A DNA stretch of 64,000 bases from Bacteroidales bacterium UBA5219 (GCA_002412425.1 DHVB01000077.1:22948-86947); one strand, 5' to 3'; shown: positions 40,110-50,975, numbered from the stretch's first letter. The notes: generated by a model not told the origin, from the sequence alone. Numbers and translations are program-made.

Positions 40110-42293
40110 ATGAAAAATTTTTTCTTCTTAACATTTATGGTTTGCGGATTATTATTAGCAAACGGCACTTTTGGACAAACACCTGTAATTAATATCACAG
40201 GTCTTGAAAGTGAATATACGGTTTCACAAGACATAGCAATAACTGCTACTATTAGTTCAAATGGAGCTATTGACTCACTTTGTAGTATGGGATATAAAAT
40301 TTATAAAGATGATGCTGTTACACCCATTGAGAACATTAGTGATTTTGGAAGTTTAAATTACAAATTCAGACTTCAAGATGAAGAATTTTATAATGGCACA
40401 ATTACGCAAGGATCAGGAATGATAGAAATTCAAGTAGGAGAAGATACTTTTGGTGCTTTTACTTTAGGAATATTTGACACTTATTGTATAGACAGAAATA
40501 GACCAGTAAATATTGAAGCTAATTTTACTGAAGTTGGAACTTACAAATTTAATCTCACTTTATATTATTGTGAAAACGATGGAGTTGCGACTGGCACAAG
40601 TTTTACAGCAGATGCTACTTGCGGTGGTGGTGATCATAATGATGCAACTGCGCAAACTTGCGAAAGCCCTACAATTTTTGCTACTAAAAATTTTGAAATA
40701 AACGTTGTTGCAGCAGACGAAATTACAATCATTAGCCAATCTGAATCAACAAGCATTTGTGAAGGCTCAAGTACAACTATTTCTGTTGATGCTACAGCAA
40801 ACAATTCACTAACAATAAATTATAAATGGTATAAAGATGGAACAGAATTTGGTAATACTACTAATGCAATAACCGTTGATGCAGAAGGCGATTATTACTG
40901 TGAACTAACCGCAGGTACTGCTTCTGCAACGACCGAGACAATAAGCATTACATATCATCCAACACCATCAATTTCTTTAAACCCAACAACTCCTATGTGT
41001 TCTGGAGAGGCTGTGGTTTTAAATCCTGGAGAGTTTGCGTCTTATGAATGGAGCGATAATAGCACAGAGCCAACTTTAAGCGTAACAGAAGCTGGCAACT
41101 ATAGCGTTACAGTAACCGACGAATTTGGCTGTACTGCAACTGCAAGCACAGTAGTTACAGCAGGAGGTGAAATGCCTGAAGAATTTTCTTTTACAGATAC
41201 TACTATTTGTTATGGTATAACACATGCATTAGAAGGACCTTTTAATGAAACTTATACATATTTATGGAACACTGAAGATACTACATACTCCATAATTGTA
41301 GAAGAAGCCGGAACTTATTCTTTAACTGTAACTAATACTGATGGCTGTAAACGCGAAGGTTCTGTAAATATTGATTTTGCATATACCGTTAATGCACAAA
41401 TTGCAGGAGGCGACGATGAAGTACATAGTTGTTCAGATGCACCAAATGTAAGACTTGGTCCTATACCTGAAGGCTCAAGTTGGCTATGGAGTAACGAATC
41501 AACCTCAAGAACTATAAGGGTTACTACACCTGGCATATATTGGGTGGTTGCAACAGATACAGCTACAGGATGTATTGGAACTGATACCGTTGAACTATTT
41601 ATACACCAAATCCCTGAAGTTAATCTTGGTGATGATCAAGCATACTGTGCAGAAGAAACAAGAACACTTACTGTGCAAGCTGACAGCTGCCAATACGCTT
41701 GGAATACTGGAGAAACTACACAATCTCTTACAATTGAAAAATCAGGTTTTTATGCTGTAACTGTTACTGACGAATTCGGTTGCTGGGCAAAAGATTCTCT
41801 TAACATCGAAATTTATCCTATGCCAGTAGTTGACTTAGGAGACGATTTTGAAATGTATGAAAACTATACTGCTATTTTAACTGCAGGATATGGATGTATT
41901 AGCTATGTATGGTCTCTAGGTCCTGAATATACAGAACATTTTGTAATATTAAGTGCTGATAATTTAAACTTTGGAACAAATGTAATTAGTGTTACTGCAA
42001 TTACAGTTAATGGCTGCGAAGATAGCGACCAAGTTACTGTTACACTTCACCAAGGTGTAAATGCAGAAATAGAAAAAGCAGAAATGTTTGATGTATATCC
42101 AAACCCAACAACTGGAATTATTAAAATAAATGCTATCAATATTGAAAATATTAGTTTGTATGATTCATTAGGTCGTCTAGTGTTTAGTACAGAAAGCGAC
42201 ACTATTGATATGTCTAGTTTTGCAAACGGAAATTATACTTTAAAAGTTTTAACACAAGATAATTCTTATTCAACAAAAATTGTAAAACAATAA
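40110..42293 (+). CDS. Secreted T9SS cargo protein with Ig-like repeats
   Basis: Signal peptide; repeated Y.W....T...I.V...G.Y.VTVTD..GC units; VYPNPTTG...GNYTLKV...KIVK C-terminal domain. TACCTTTG box at 40058-40065. Confidence 0.85.
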   Translation: MKNFFFLTFMVCGLLLANGTFGQTPVINITGLESEYTVSQDIAITATISSNGAIDSLCSMGYKIYKDDAVTPIENISDFGSLNYKFRLQDEEFYNGTITQGSGMIEIQVGEDTFGAFTLGIFDTYCIDRNRPVNIEANFTEVGTYKFNLTLYYCENDGVATGTSFTADATCGGGDHNDATAQTCESPTIFATKNFEINVVAADEITIISQSESTSICEGSSTTISVDATANNSLTINYKWYKDGTEFGNTTNAITVDAEGDYYCELTAGTASATTETISITYHPTPSISLNPTTPMCSGEAVVLNPGEFASYEWSDNSTEPTLSVTEAGNYSVTVTDEFGCTATASTVVTAGGEMPEEFSFTDTTICYGITHALEGPFNETYTYLWNTEDTTYSIIVEEAGTYSLTVTNTDGCKREGSVNIDFAYTVNAQIAGGDDEVHSCSDAPNVRLGPIPEGSSWLWSNESTSRTIRVTTPGIYWVVATDTATGCIGTDTVELFIHQIPEVNLGDDQAYCAEETRTLTVQADSCQYAWNTGETTQSLTIEKSGFYAVTVTDEFGCWAKDSLNIEIYPMPVVDLGDDFEMYENYTAILTAGYGCISYVWSLGPEYTEHFVILSADNLNFGTNVISVTAITVNGCEDSDQVTVTLHQGVNAEIEKAEMFDVYPNPTTGIIKINAINIENISLYDSLGRLVFSTESDTIDMSSFANGNYTLKVLTQDNSYSTKIVKQ

Positions 42294-42312
42294 TAAACAC
42301 AACAAAACATTT

Positions 42313-42342
42313 AAAAAAGGGAGTTTTTTACTCCCTTTTTTT
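42313..42342 (+). terminator. Intrinsic terminator
   Basis: AAAAAAGGGAGT-TTTT-ACTCCCTTTTTTT. Confidence 0.85.
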
Positions 42343-42430
42343 ACAAACTAAAATTTGTTAATAAAACATTATAACTAATTTTTATTATTACAAAACATTT
42401 GATAACTTTGTGAAATAAAATCAATTCATT

Positions 42431-42559
42431 ATGAAAAAAACAATACTTATAATTCTTGCTATAGTATTAATAGCAATAGGCTTAAGTTCTTGTAAAGGTT
42501 CAGAAGATTGCCCTGCATATGGAAAGGCTAATATTGAAACAGAAAACACAATAGCCTAA
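42431..42559 (+). CDS. Small lipoprotein with CPAY motif (42 aa; absent from the ORF track)
   Basis: Translates to MKKTILIILAIVLIAIGLSSCKGSEDCPAYGKANIETENTIA, with an LSSC lipobox. TAACTTTG box at 42403-42410, just after a terminator. Confidence 0.8.
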   Translation: MKKTILIILAIVLIAIGLSSCKGSEDCPAYGKANIETENTIA

Positions 42560-42609
42560 TTTTAAATAAATAAAAAATTATTTATTTTTGCAGTAATAAT
42601 AAATTTCAA

Positions 42610-43425
42610 ATGAAATATTTATTACTATTTATATTTGGTGTGTACTTATGCTTAGGCTCTAGCTTTGCACAAGGTGAATTAGAAACTTCAAGAGAACCAG
42701 ACAAATTTTTTGTAAATTCTTTTGGAATTAAACTAAATTCTAATGGATTTGGTGGATACTATAGTCATACTACAAAAATAAATCGTAATTATAGTAGATT
42801 CTTTGAGGCTGAGTATAATTACATGAAAAGTCCAAAAGAACTTAAAGTTATAAATCCATATTTTCAAAGTTTGTATATAAAAAAATTTGTGTTTGGAAAA
42901 ACTCACTCTGTGCACAATGCTAAGTTCGGCTATGGAATAAACAGAGTTTTATTCGAAAAAAGAGATAAAAATAGTATTTCAATATTCTTAGCACTATCTG
43001 GTGGAGTTGCTATTGCAGCTAGCAAACCAATTTATTATGAAATAGTTGACAGTGTAAAAGTAGTAAATAACAAGCAACTTTACCCATATACTTCTACTCA
43101 TAAATTAAATGTTGACATTCAAAACAATCCAACAGATATAATTGGTAGAGCCCCGTTTACTTTAGGATTAAAAGAAACAAAGTTTCATCCAGGCTTTTAT
43201 TTGAAATTTGGCTTAAACTTTGATTTTAGTCAAAACATAATGAAGTCTAAAGTTTTAGAAACAGGATTTGTTTATGAAAATTATTTAATCCCTATAGAAA
43301 TTATGTCTGGCACAAAAGACTCTAACTTTTTAAACCTATTTATTTGCTACTATTTTGGCAATAAATTAGATGCTAAATTGAATCGTGAATTTAGAAAAGA
43401 ACAAAGAAAATTATCAAAAAATTAA
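42610..43425 (+). CDS. Hypothetical outer-membrane protein
   Basis: Signal peptide and alternating aromatic/Gly beta-strand pattern. Confidence 0.65.
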   Translation: MKYLLLFIFGVYLCLGSSFAQGELETSREPDKFFVNSFGIKLNSNGFGGYYSHTTKINRNYSRFFEAEYNYMKSPKELKVINPYFQSLYIKKFVFGKTHSVHNAKFGYGINRVLFEKRDKNSISIFLALSGGVAIAASKPIYYEIVDSVKVVNNKQLYPYTSTHKLNVDIQNNPTDIIGRAPFTLGLKETKFHPGFYLKFGLNFDFSQNIMKSKVLETGFVYENYLIPIEIMSGTKDSNFLNLFICYYFGNKLDAKLNREFRKEQRKLSKN

Positions 43426-43521
43426 AATATTAATTTGTTGTATAACATCAGTTTTTTATCCAAAAAATCTTGATTAATTTCAATATTTTTTTATATTTTT
43501 GTAAAAATTAAAATTTACATT

Positions 43522-44529
43522 ATGACAAAAATTAAAGTAGCAATCAATGGATTTGGTCGTATTGGACGCAATGTTTTTAAAATTGCATTCGATAGAGATG
43601 ATATGGAAATAATCGGCATCAATGACCTAACAGATACAAAAACTCTAGCACATCTTTTAAAGTATGACTCAACGCAAGGAATATTTGATAGAAATATTTC
43701 TTACAACGAAACTTCTATAATCGTAGAAGGTAAAGAAATAAAAGTAAGTGCTGAAAGAAGTCCTATAAATATTCCTTGGCCCACCGCTCCAGACGTAGTT
43801 GTTGAGGCAACAGGAATTTTTAGATCTAAAGAAAGTCCTAAAGGAGGTTATGGCGATCATATTAAAAATGGTGCCAAAAAAGTAGTTTTAACTGTACCAG
43901 CAAAAGATAATATTGACGCAATGGTAGTTCTTGGCGTTAATGATGAAAAATTAACTCCAGAAGTTCAATGTGTCTCTAATGCTTCATGTACAACAAACTG
44001 CATGGCTCCAATAGTAAAAATTTTAAACAACAGATTTGGTATAGAAAATGGCTTGATGACAACAATCCACTCCTACACAAACGACCAAATTATTCTTGAT
44101 GGACCACACAGTGATTTACGAAGAGCGCGTTCGTGTGCTATTTCTCAAATTCCTACTACCACAGGTGCTGCTAAAGCAGTAGGTAAAATTTTACCAGAAC
44201 TTAACGGTAAACTTGATGGTATGGCAATGAGAGTTCCTACTCCTACAGGTTCTTCAGTCGATTTAGTTGTTAATTTAAAAACTGACACTACAATAGACGA
44301 AGTAAATCAAGCAATTAAAGAAGCTGCCGAAGGACCAATGAAAGGAATTGTACAATACACAGAAGAACCAATAGTTTCTGTTGATATTATTCACAATACA
44401 CATTCTTCAATTTTTGATGCAGGTTGCACTATGCTGAATGGAAGAACTTTAAAAACAATTACTTGGTACGATAACGAATGGGGATATTCTTGCAGAGTGG
44501 TAGAATTAGTAGCAAAACTTTTCAAATAA
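43522..44529 (+). CDS. gap: Type I glyceraldehyde-3-phosphate dehydrogenase
   Basis: INGFGRIGR, SNASCTTNC, WYDNEWGYS. Confidence 0.97.
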   Translation: MTKIKVAINGFGRIGRNVFKIAFDRDDMEIIGINDLTDTKTLAHLLKYDSTQGIFDRNISYNETSIIVEGKEIKVSAERSPINIPWPTAPDVVVEATGIFRSKESPKGGYGDHIKNGAKKVVLTVPAKDNIDAMVVLGVNDEKLTPEVQCVSNASCTTNCMAPIVKILNNRFGIENGLMTTIHSYTNDQIILDGPHSDLRRARSCAISQIPTTTGAAKAVGKILPELNGKLDGMAMRVPTPTGSSVDLVVNLKTDTTIDEVNQAIKEAAEGPMKGIVQYTEEPIVSVDIIHNTHSSIFDAGCTMLNGRTLKTITWYDNEWGYSCRVVELVAKLFK

Positions 44530-44560
44530 GCCAATTACTTCTTTTAAAAATATTTTAATG

Positions 44561-44590
44561 AAAAAAGCTGTTTTGACACAGCTTTTTTTT
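44561..44590. terminator. Bidirectional intrinsic terminator
   Basis: AAAAAAGCTGT-TTTGAC-ACAGCTTTTTTTT between convergent genes. Confidence 0.8.
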
Positions 44591-45827
44591 ATTCATATCT
44601 TAAAGCAACTATTGGATCCAACCTAGAAGCCTTAACTGCAGGAAAATAACCAGAACCTATTCCAACTAAAAAGCACAAAACAACTCCTATTAAAACCCAC
44701 AACCACGGCACCACAAAAGAGCCACCTACCAATAAAGAAATTAAATTTCCAATAATTATTCCTAAAATTATACCTAATATCCCTCCTATCTGTCCAATAA
44801 AAATTGATTCAAACAAAAATTGCTGTTTAATTGCAGTAGAACTCGCTCCTAATGCTTTTCTAACACCAATTTCTCGTGTTCTCTCCGAAACAGAAACTAA
44901 CATAATATTCATCAAACCAATTGAAGCTCCTAGTAAAGTAATTAATCCAATTATTGTGGCTCCAATAGTTACAACAGAAAGGTTCTCTATAAGCATATTT
45001 GCTAAACTGTCGCTTTTTCTAATTGCAAAATTATTCTCATCATAAACACTTAATTTTCTAACACTTCTAAACAATCCTTCTGCTTCTCCAATTGCTAAAT
45101 CAATATTAGAAATATCGTGAGGCATAACACTAATAATATAAGTGTTTTGCGATGCTGTAAAATATTGACGACCATTTTGAAGAGGAATCCAACAAAATTT
45201 ATCGCCAGAACCTCCAAATGCTGTGCCTTTTTCTTTTAAAATTCCAATAACTCGATAACGAAGCGAGCCTATAGAAATAAATTTATCCAAACCACTCTCG
45301 CTATCTATAAATAATAATTTTGCTAATTCGCTACCTATTATAACAATATTCTCGCCTGATAAAACTTCCTGACTTGAAAAATTTCTGCCTTTATCTATCT
45401 CATAACCAGATGTAAACAAATATTCATCATCAACAGAATAAACACTTATATTAGGATCTGACTTTATATTCCCATACTTTACTGTTGCAGAGCCCGAACT
45501 ATTTGTCATAATACTTACTCGAGCTGGAAAAGAATATTGATTTTTAAACAAAGTAGCATCTTCATAGCTAATGTTTTTACGCTCAACTCGTCTAAATCCA
45601 CCACCATGTCGCTCACTAGATTGCCTTCTAATAGTAAAAACATTTGCTCCCATACTCTGAAACTCACTACTTATAGTAGTTTTGATTGACTCAACGGCAG
45701 TCAGAATTCCAACCAAAGCCATTATTCCTATTGCAATTATTAATACTGTTAAAACTGTTCGCAACAAATTTGAGCGAATTGAATTTATCGATATTTTTAA
45801 ATTTTCAACAAATAATCCAAATTTCAT
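44589..45827 (-). CDS. MacB/FtsX-type ABC transporter permease
   Basis: LRTVLTVLIIAIGI, MNIMLVSVSERTREIGVRKALGA, LDPIVALRYE. Confidence 0.9.
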   Translation of the reverse strand: MKFGLFVENLKISINSIRSNLLRTVLTVLIIAIGIMALVGILTAVESIKTTISSEFQSMGANVFTIRRQSSERHGGGFRRVERKNISYEDATLFKNQYSFPARVSIMTNSSGSATVKYGNIKSDPNISVYSVDDEYLFTSGYEIDKGRNFSSQEVLSGENIVIIGSELAKLLFIDSESGLDKFISIGSLRYRVIGILKEKGTAFGGSGDKFCWIPLQNGRQYFTASQNTYIISVMPHDISNIDLAIGEAEGLFRSVRKLSVYDENNFAIRKSDSLANMLIENLSVVTIGATIIGLITLLGASIGLMNIMLVSVSERTREIGVRKALGASSTAIKQQFLFESIFIGQIGGILGIILGIIIGNLISLLVGGSFVVPWLWVLIGVVLCFLVGIGSGYFPAVKASRLDPIVALRYE

Positions 45828-45847
45828 ATTAATAATGCAAAAGTTTT

Positions 45848-46861
45848 TTACAATAAAACCATAGTTGCCCCAAAACCATATTCCCTAAACGAAGCATCTT
45901 CAAATATTACCTTATATTGTTTCGCTAAAGACTCTCTAATTGTCGCTTTTAATGTTCCATTTCCAATACCGTGAATAAAAATAACTTTTCCAGCATTAGA
46001 CATAATTGCATCTGTCATAGTTTGATGAAAAACTTTCATCTGCTGCTCCAAAATTTCAGCATTTGTCATACCAACAACACTCTCTACCAACTCGTTTATA
46101 TGTAAATCAACTTCTATGGTTTTTCTTTCTTGACGAGCAGAATATCGTTTTGACTTATCTTCTTCGGCACTTTCTTTTTCCAAAAACATTTTTTCCAAAT
46201 CTTTCGCTGTTTTCTCAGATTTAAGCGAACTTCCATCGTCTCTCAACAACTCAAAAATATAAGCCTTATCATCAAGGAAATCATTCTCTATAAATAAATG
46301 TTCTTGAAAAAAATTTAAAGGAACTATTTTTATTTTTCTTTCAATTTGTGGACGAAGAACTTGATGTGGGTTATCAAAAAACAAAATTTGAATTATCAAC
46401 TCCTTGCCAGAATTAATTTCATCACGGCTCAAATGAGTAACATAAATTTTTGTATTAGGTTCTAAAATTTCTGCATCAATTTTTTTTAATCCACTATCGA
46501 ATTTTAAAACTACATGATAAAAAAGACTAAAGTTTGAATCATTAATCAAATAACAATCAAAACCATCTTGTTGCTCCTCTGCATTCCTTACAAAACCAAA
46601 AATAATATTTGTTAATTTATCCTTTTTTAACTTAACTTTTAGTTCATTTTTCTGCTCTATAACCTTGTCGCTTACTTTGTTTGTTTGGGCAGGCTCTGGT
46701 GGCTTTGCTTTTTCCACCACTATGATTTCGTTAGAATTAATTGGATACTCAAAACCATCTTCATTTTCTACTAAAACCATATTGTTTTTTAAGAATTTAA
46801 CCACAATTCCACCACCTACATCATTTAAAAATCTAACTTTGTCGCCTATATTTATTTTCAT
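45848..46861 (-). CDS. DUF2027 / Smr domain protein
   Basis: IGDKVRFLNDVGGG N-terminus, YLINDSN, EVDLHI, FIHGIGNGTLK, YGFGAT. Confidence 0.88.
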   Translation of the reverse strand: MKINIGDKVRFLNDVGGGIVVKFLKNNMVLVENEDGFEYPINSNEIIVVEKAKPPEPAQTNKVSDKVIEQKNELKVKLKKDKLTNIIFGFVRNAEEQQDGFDCYLINDSNFSLFYHVVLKFDSGLKKIDAEILEPNTKIYVTHLSRDEINSGKELIIQILFFDNPHQVLRPQIERKIKIVPLNFFQEHLFIENDFLDDKAYIFELLRDDGSSLKSEKTAKDLEKMFLEKESAEEDKSKRYSARQERKTIEVDLHINELVESVVGMTNAEILEQQMKVFHQTMTDAIMSNAGKVIFIHGIGNGTLKATIRESLAKQYKVIFEDASFREYGFGATMVLL

Positions 46862-46938
46862 TTTTTATAATTTTCAAGAGTTTATTTGTATTTTTAGATA
46901 ATCAAAGTTTTTACTTACTTTTGTGCAAATTTACTTAA

Positions 46939-48153
46939 ATGAAAGATTACAAACAAATAAATATTAATAATTACAACTACGATTTACCAGAAAACAAAAT
47001 TGCTAAATATCCTAAAGCAAACAGAGACGAATCAATGCTTTTGATAAAAAATAAAGATTCTATATCACAGTCTGTGTTTAAAAATATTACAGATTTTTTA
47101 CCTACAAATAGCTTAATGTTTTTCAATAACACAAAAGTTATTAATGCTAGATTATTTTTTCAAAAAGAAACAGGCTCTATAATAGAAATTTTTTGTCTTG
47201 AACCCATACCTATTAATTATTCAAATGCGTTAAATTCTACAAAGCAATGTACATGGAAATGTTTAGTTGGAAATAATAAAAAATGGAAATCTGGAAATTT
47301 GAAAAAAAACATAAACATTAATTCCCAAAATTTTGAATTAAAAATCGAAAAGAAACAACAACTTGGCAATGCCTTTGAAATAGAATTTACTTGGGATAAT
47401 GAAAATATAATTTTTTATCAAATTTTAGAAAATTCTGGGAATGTTCCAATTCCACCATATTTGAATAGAGAAAGTGAAAGTATTGATAATCAAAGATACC
47501 AAACTATTTATGGTGAGAAGCAAGGTTCTGTAGCTGCTCCAACAGCAGGATTGCATTTTACAGAAACTGTTTTTCAAAACTTAGAAGCTAAAAACATTAA
47601 AACTGATAATATCACTCTACATGTTGGAGCAGGCACTTTTCAACCTGTAAAAACCACTACTGTAGCTGAGCATAAAATGCACACCGAGTATTTTATTGTT
47701 TCAAAGTCTAATATCGAAAACTTACTAGCTTACTTAGGAAAAACAATAGTTGTGGGAACTACAACTGTTAGAACTTTAGAAAGTTTGTATCATATAGCTG
47801 TGCAAATATATTTTAACAAAAATAAAAAAGACAACTATTTTGAAATTAGCCAATGGGAAGCATACGAAGAGAAAAAGGAAAATATTCCAACAGAAACTCT
47901 ATTGAAAAATATGCTAAATTGGATGAATGAAAATAATTTTGAACAAATAAATTGTTCAACGTCCATAATGATTGTGCCAGGCTATAAATTTCAATTTACC
48001 AATCAATTAATTACAAATTTTCATCAACCACAATCAACTTTATTGCTTTTGTTAGCTGCATTTATTGGAGAATCTTGGAAAGAAGTTTATGAATATGCAC
48101 TAACTAATAATTTTAGGTTTTTAAGTTATGGAGATGCATGTTTGTTTTTATAA
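46939..48153 (+). CDS. queA: S-adenosylmethionine:tRNA ribosyltransferase-isomerase
   Basis: YNYDLP, FNNTKVI, PIPPYL, GSVAAPTAGLHF, TNFHQPQSTL, FLSYGDA. Confidence 0.95.
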   Translation: MKDYKQININNYNYDLPENKIAKYPKANRDESMLLIKNKDSISQSVFKNITDFLPTNSLMFFNNTKVINARLFFQKETGSIIEIFCLEPIPINYSNALNSTKQCTWKCLVGNNKKWKSGNLKKNININSQNFELKIEKKQQLGNAFEIEFTWDNENIIFYQILENSGNVPIPPYLNRESESIDNQRYQTIYGEKQGSVAAPTAGLHFTETVFQNLEAKNIKTDNITLHVGAGTFQPVKTTTVAEHKMHTEYFIVSKSNIENLLAYLGKTIVVGTTTVRTLESLYHIAVQIYFNKNKKDNYFEISQWEAYEEKKENIPTETLLKNMLNWMNENNFEQINCSTSIMIVPGYKFQFTNQLITNFHQPQSTLLLLLAAFIGESWKEVYEYALTNNFRFLSYGDACLFL

Positions 48154-48184
48154 ATTTTATATATTTGCAATAAAATATTAAAAT

Positions 48185-48841
48185 ATGAAAACTAAAAAAA
48201 CATCACCAAATTTATTTTTTTACATTGGTTTAATTGCTTTCGGTTTTGGAATTGCAACTCTTAGTATTCCTGATTTCTCAATGAAAACCATGGTTATTAT
48301 TATTGGTGCATTAATAGCATCGGGTGGATTAGGAATTTTTATTTATACACTCAGAAAAAAACCTGAAAATTCTTTTATTAAAATTTCTCAAATAATTTTA
48401 AGCCTTATAAACATAGCGTTTGGAATAGTTTTAATAATTATCCCAAGTTTTTTTATTAAAGCTTTATTAATATTATTAGGTGTATTGCTAATAATGACAG
48501 GAGTTTTACATCTAATAACAACTTTAAACATTAAACCTCTAAATAATTTCGGTAAAATGTTTATAGCTATAGCTGCAATCATGCTAATAGCAGGAGCCAT
48601 ATTTATTATAAATCCATTCAAAAACATCCAAGATATTACTGTTTTCTTTGGAATAGTTTTCAGTGTTTATGGACTTAGCAATATTATGATGTCATTTTGG
48701 CTAAGAAGCGAATATGCAAAGGATAAAAAACAAGATAAAGAAACCTTAGAAATCGATGCTAAAGTTATTGATACTGAAGTTGATGAAACAGAAGAAACAA
48801 AAGAAACTGATGAAACCAATAAAACCGAAGAAGCAAAATAA
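48185..48841 (+). CDS. HdeD/DUF308 family membrane protein
   Basis: Six transmembrane segments in three hairpin repeats, plus an acidic tail. Confidence 0.75.
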   Translation: MKTKKTSPNLFFYIGLIAFGFGIATLSIPDFSMKTMVIIIGALIASGGLGIFIYTLRKKPENSFIKISQIILSLINIAFGIVLIIIPSFFIKALLILLGVLLIMTGVLHLITTLNIKPLNNFGKMFIAIAAIMLIAGAIFIINPFKNIQDITVFFGIVFSVYGLSNIMMSFWLRSEYAKDKKQDKETLEIDAKVIDTEVDETEETKETDETNKTEEAK

Positions 48842-48922
48842 AAATTGAAAAATATTATATTTTACTTGCATTTTAATAAATTTATCAATATCATTACATA
48901 ATATTTTATAAACACAAATAAT

Positions 48923-49372
48923 ATGAAAGTTGAAAATGGCAAACTAGTAACTATAATATACGATTTAAACGTAGATAGTTATGATGGTGAATTAATAGAA
49001 TCAATAAAAGAAGACGAACCTGCAATATTTTTATGTGGTGCAGGCGAAATGTTAGAAACTTTTGAAGAAAAACTAATAGGATTAAAAGAAGGTGATAGCT
49101 TTAAATTTTCTTTGACAAAAGACCAAGCTTATGGTGACGAAGACGAAGATGCTATTGCTGAATTTCCTATAGATATTTTTGAAGAAGACGAAGAAGGTGT
49201 TCCTGAAGTTGGAGACTATGTTCCTATGGAAGATGAAGAAGGAAATATTTTTGACGGTATAGTTATTGAAATTGAAAACGACACTGTCGTACTAGACTTC
49301 AATCACCCACTTGCTGGAGAAGACTTATTCTTCGTTGGAAAAGTTATTAAAATAGAAGATACAAAAAAATAA
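48923..49372 (+). CDS. SlyD-like FKBP peptidyl-prolyl isomerase
   Basis: FEEKLIGL, AYG, LDFNHPLAGEDL; no His-rich tail. Confidence 0.9.
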   Translation: MKVENGKLVTIIYDLNVDSYDGELIESIKEDEPAIFLCGAGEMLETFEEKLIGLKEGDSFKFSLTKDQAYGDEDEDAIAEFPIDIFEEDEEGVPEVGDYVPMEDEEGNIFDGIVIEIENDTVVLDFNHPLAGEDLFFVGKVIKIEDTKK

Positions 49373-49482
49373 CCTAAAGTTATTCTTAGCATAAGACAAT
49401 AATCTGAAATTAAAACTCTCAGATCAAATACTATAATTAATTTATTTAATAATAAAATATTTATTAAAATAAAAACTCTAAT

Positions 49483-50214
49483 ATGAATAGACAGGAAAAA
49501 ATGATAAATAAAATGAGAGAAATTGCTCAACTCAATCCTGAAAAAATTCATATCATAGAAACAAATGTAGGAGCTGAAATGCAATTAGAGTTTTTTGAAA
49601 CTCTGCAAAGTTTTACTAAAGAGGATAACATTCCAAAACCCGAACAAATTTGGGAAAACCTAAACAAGGCAGAAACTAGCCTTGAAGAAAAAAAGAAAAG
49701 CCTTGCTCTTCTTGCATCATTCGGTGAAGTTGATATCTTTAGAATGATTGAAAAATATTTGGAAAACCCAGAAAAAGAACTGCAAAGCTGGGCATTCTTA
49801 GCCTACCAACAAGCAAGAATGTTTTTAGAAGCAAACCTTTTAGATGAAAATAAAATTTATATTGCTTCGGGCTTAGGAGGTAAAGGACATAGACTAAGAT
49901 ATGCTTTTTGCTTTATTGCAAAAGAAAATTTTACAGACACTCAACAAAATATATTTAAAGGCGAAATTGAATATTCTTTTTCAAAAAATGATTCTATCCT
50001 AGAAGAATTATCTTTTACTGGCAAATACGCAATAGGCACTGTATTGATTGCACTGCATGTTGACATTGTGGATTTAATCGAAAATATCATTAAAGAAATT
50101 AACCAATACGGAAATTTTTTACACGAAAATATTTATATTACTAACGAAAAAATAATAGACACAAACCAACTTGATAATTTATTTAAACATATTGAAAATT
50201 CTGATAATGAATAA
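49483..50214 (+). CDS. Conserved hypothetical protein
   Basis: 243-aa ORF with IASGLGGKGHRLRY motif, coupled to ung by a TAATG overlap. Confidence 0.7.
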   Translation: MNRQEKMINKMREIAQLNPEKIHIIETNVGAEMQLEFFETLQSFTKEDNIPKPEQIWENLNKAETSLEEKKKSLALLASFGEVDIFRMIEKYLENPEKELQSWAFLAYQQARMFLEANLLDENKIYIASGLGGKGHRLRYAFCFIAKENFTDTQQNIFKGEIEYSFSKNDSILEELSFTGKYAIGTVLIALHVDIVDLIENIIKEINQYGNFLHENIYITNEKIIDTNQLDNLFKHIENSDNE

Positions 50215-50891
50215 TGAAAATCACAAACGTTAATATTGAAGAATCTTGGTATGCACAAATAAAAGAAGAGTTTAATAAAGAATACTTTTTAAATCTCAAA
50301 AAATTTTTAATTGAAGAAAAAAATAAATTTACTGTCTATCCAAAAGGTTCGCAAATTTTCAACGCATTTAATTTAACTCCATTTAAAGATGTAAAACTTG
50401 TAATTTTAGGACAAGACCCCTATCACGGACCAGGTCAAGCTCATGGATTGTGCTTTTCTGTACCCAAGGGAGTAAAGCCACCGCCTTCTTTAGTAAATAT
50501 TTTTAAAGAATTAAAACAAGACATAAATTTCAATATCCCAGATCACGGAAATTTAGAAGCATGGGCAAAACAAGGAGTGTTTTTACTCAACGCAACATTA
50601 ACTGTGAGAGCAAACAATGCAGGTTCGCATCAAAATAAAGGCTGGGAAATTTTTACAGATAAAGTTATTCAAACATTAAGTCAAGAAAAGAATAATTTGG
50701 TTTTTATACTATGGGGAAGATATGCAGGTGCAAAAGAAAATTTAATTGACCAAAACAAACATTTAATATTAAAAGCAGCTCACCCCTCGCCTCTTAGTGC
50801 TTATAATGGATTTTTTGGATGTAAACATTTTTCGCAAGCAAATAAATATCTAAAAAAACACAAAATTGAGCCAATTAACTGGAATTTGTGA
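50214..50891 (+). CDS. ung: Uracil-DNA glycosylase (family 1)
   Basis: GQDPYHGPGQAHGLCFS, PPSL, LLN, HPSPLSA. Confidence 0.97.
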   Translation: MKITNVNIEESWYAQIKEEFNKEYFLNLKKFLIEEKNKFTVYPKGSQIFNAFNLTPFKDVKLVILGQDPYHGPGQAHGLCFSVPKGVKPPPSLVNIFKELKQDINFNIPDHGNLEAWAKQGVFLLNATLTVRANNAGSHQNKGWEIFTDKVIQTLSQEKNNLVFILWGRYAGAKENLIDQNKHLILKAAHPSPLSAYNGFFGCKHFSQANKYLKKHKIEPINWNL

Positions 50892-50950
50892 AAAATAAAA
50901 CGTAATTTTGTTGGAAAATAAAGATTTTCATTAAATTTGCATAGTTTTTG

Positions 50951-50975
50951 TAACCTTATTTATAATTAAACGTAT
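50951..50975 (+). promoter_or_regulatory. Candidate ECF-type promoter upstream of the sigma factor gene
   Basis: AAC (50952-54), 16 nt, then CGT (50971-73). A TAAATTTG sigma-A box lies at 50932-50939. Confidence 0.4.
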
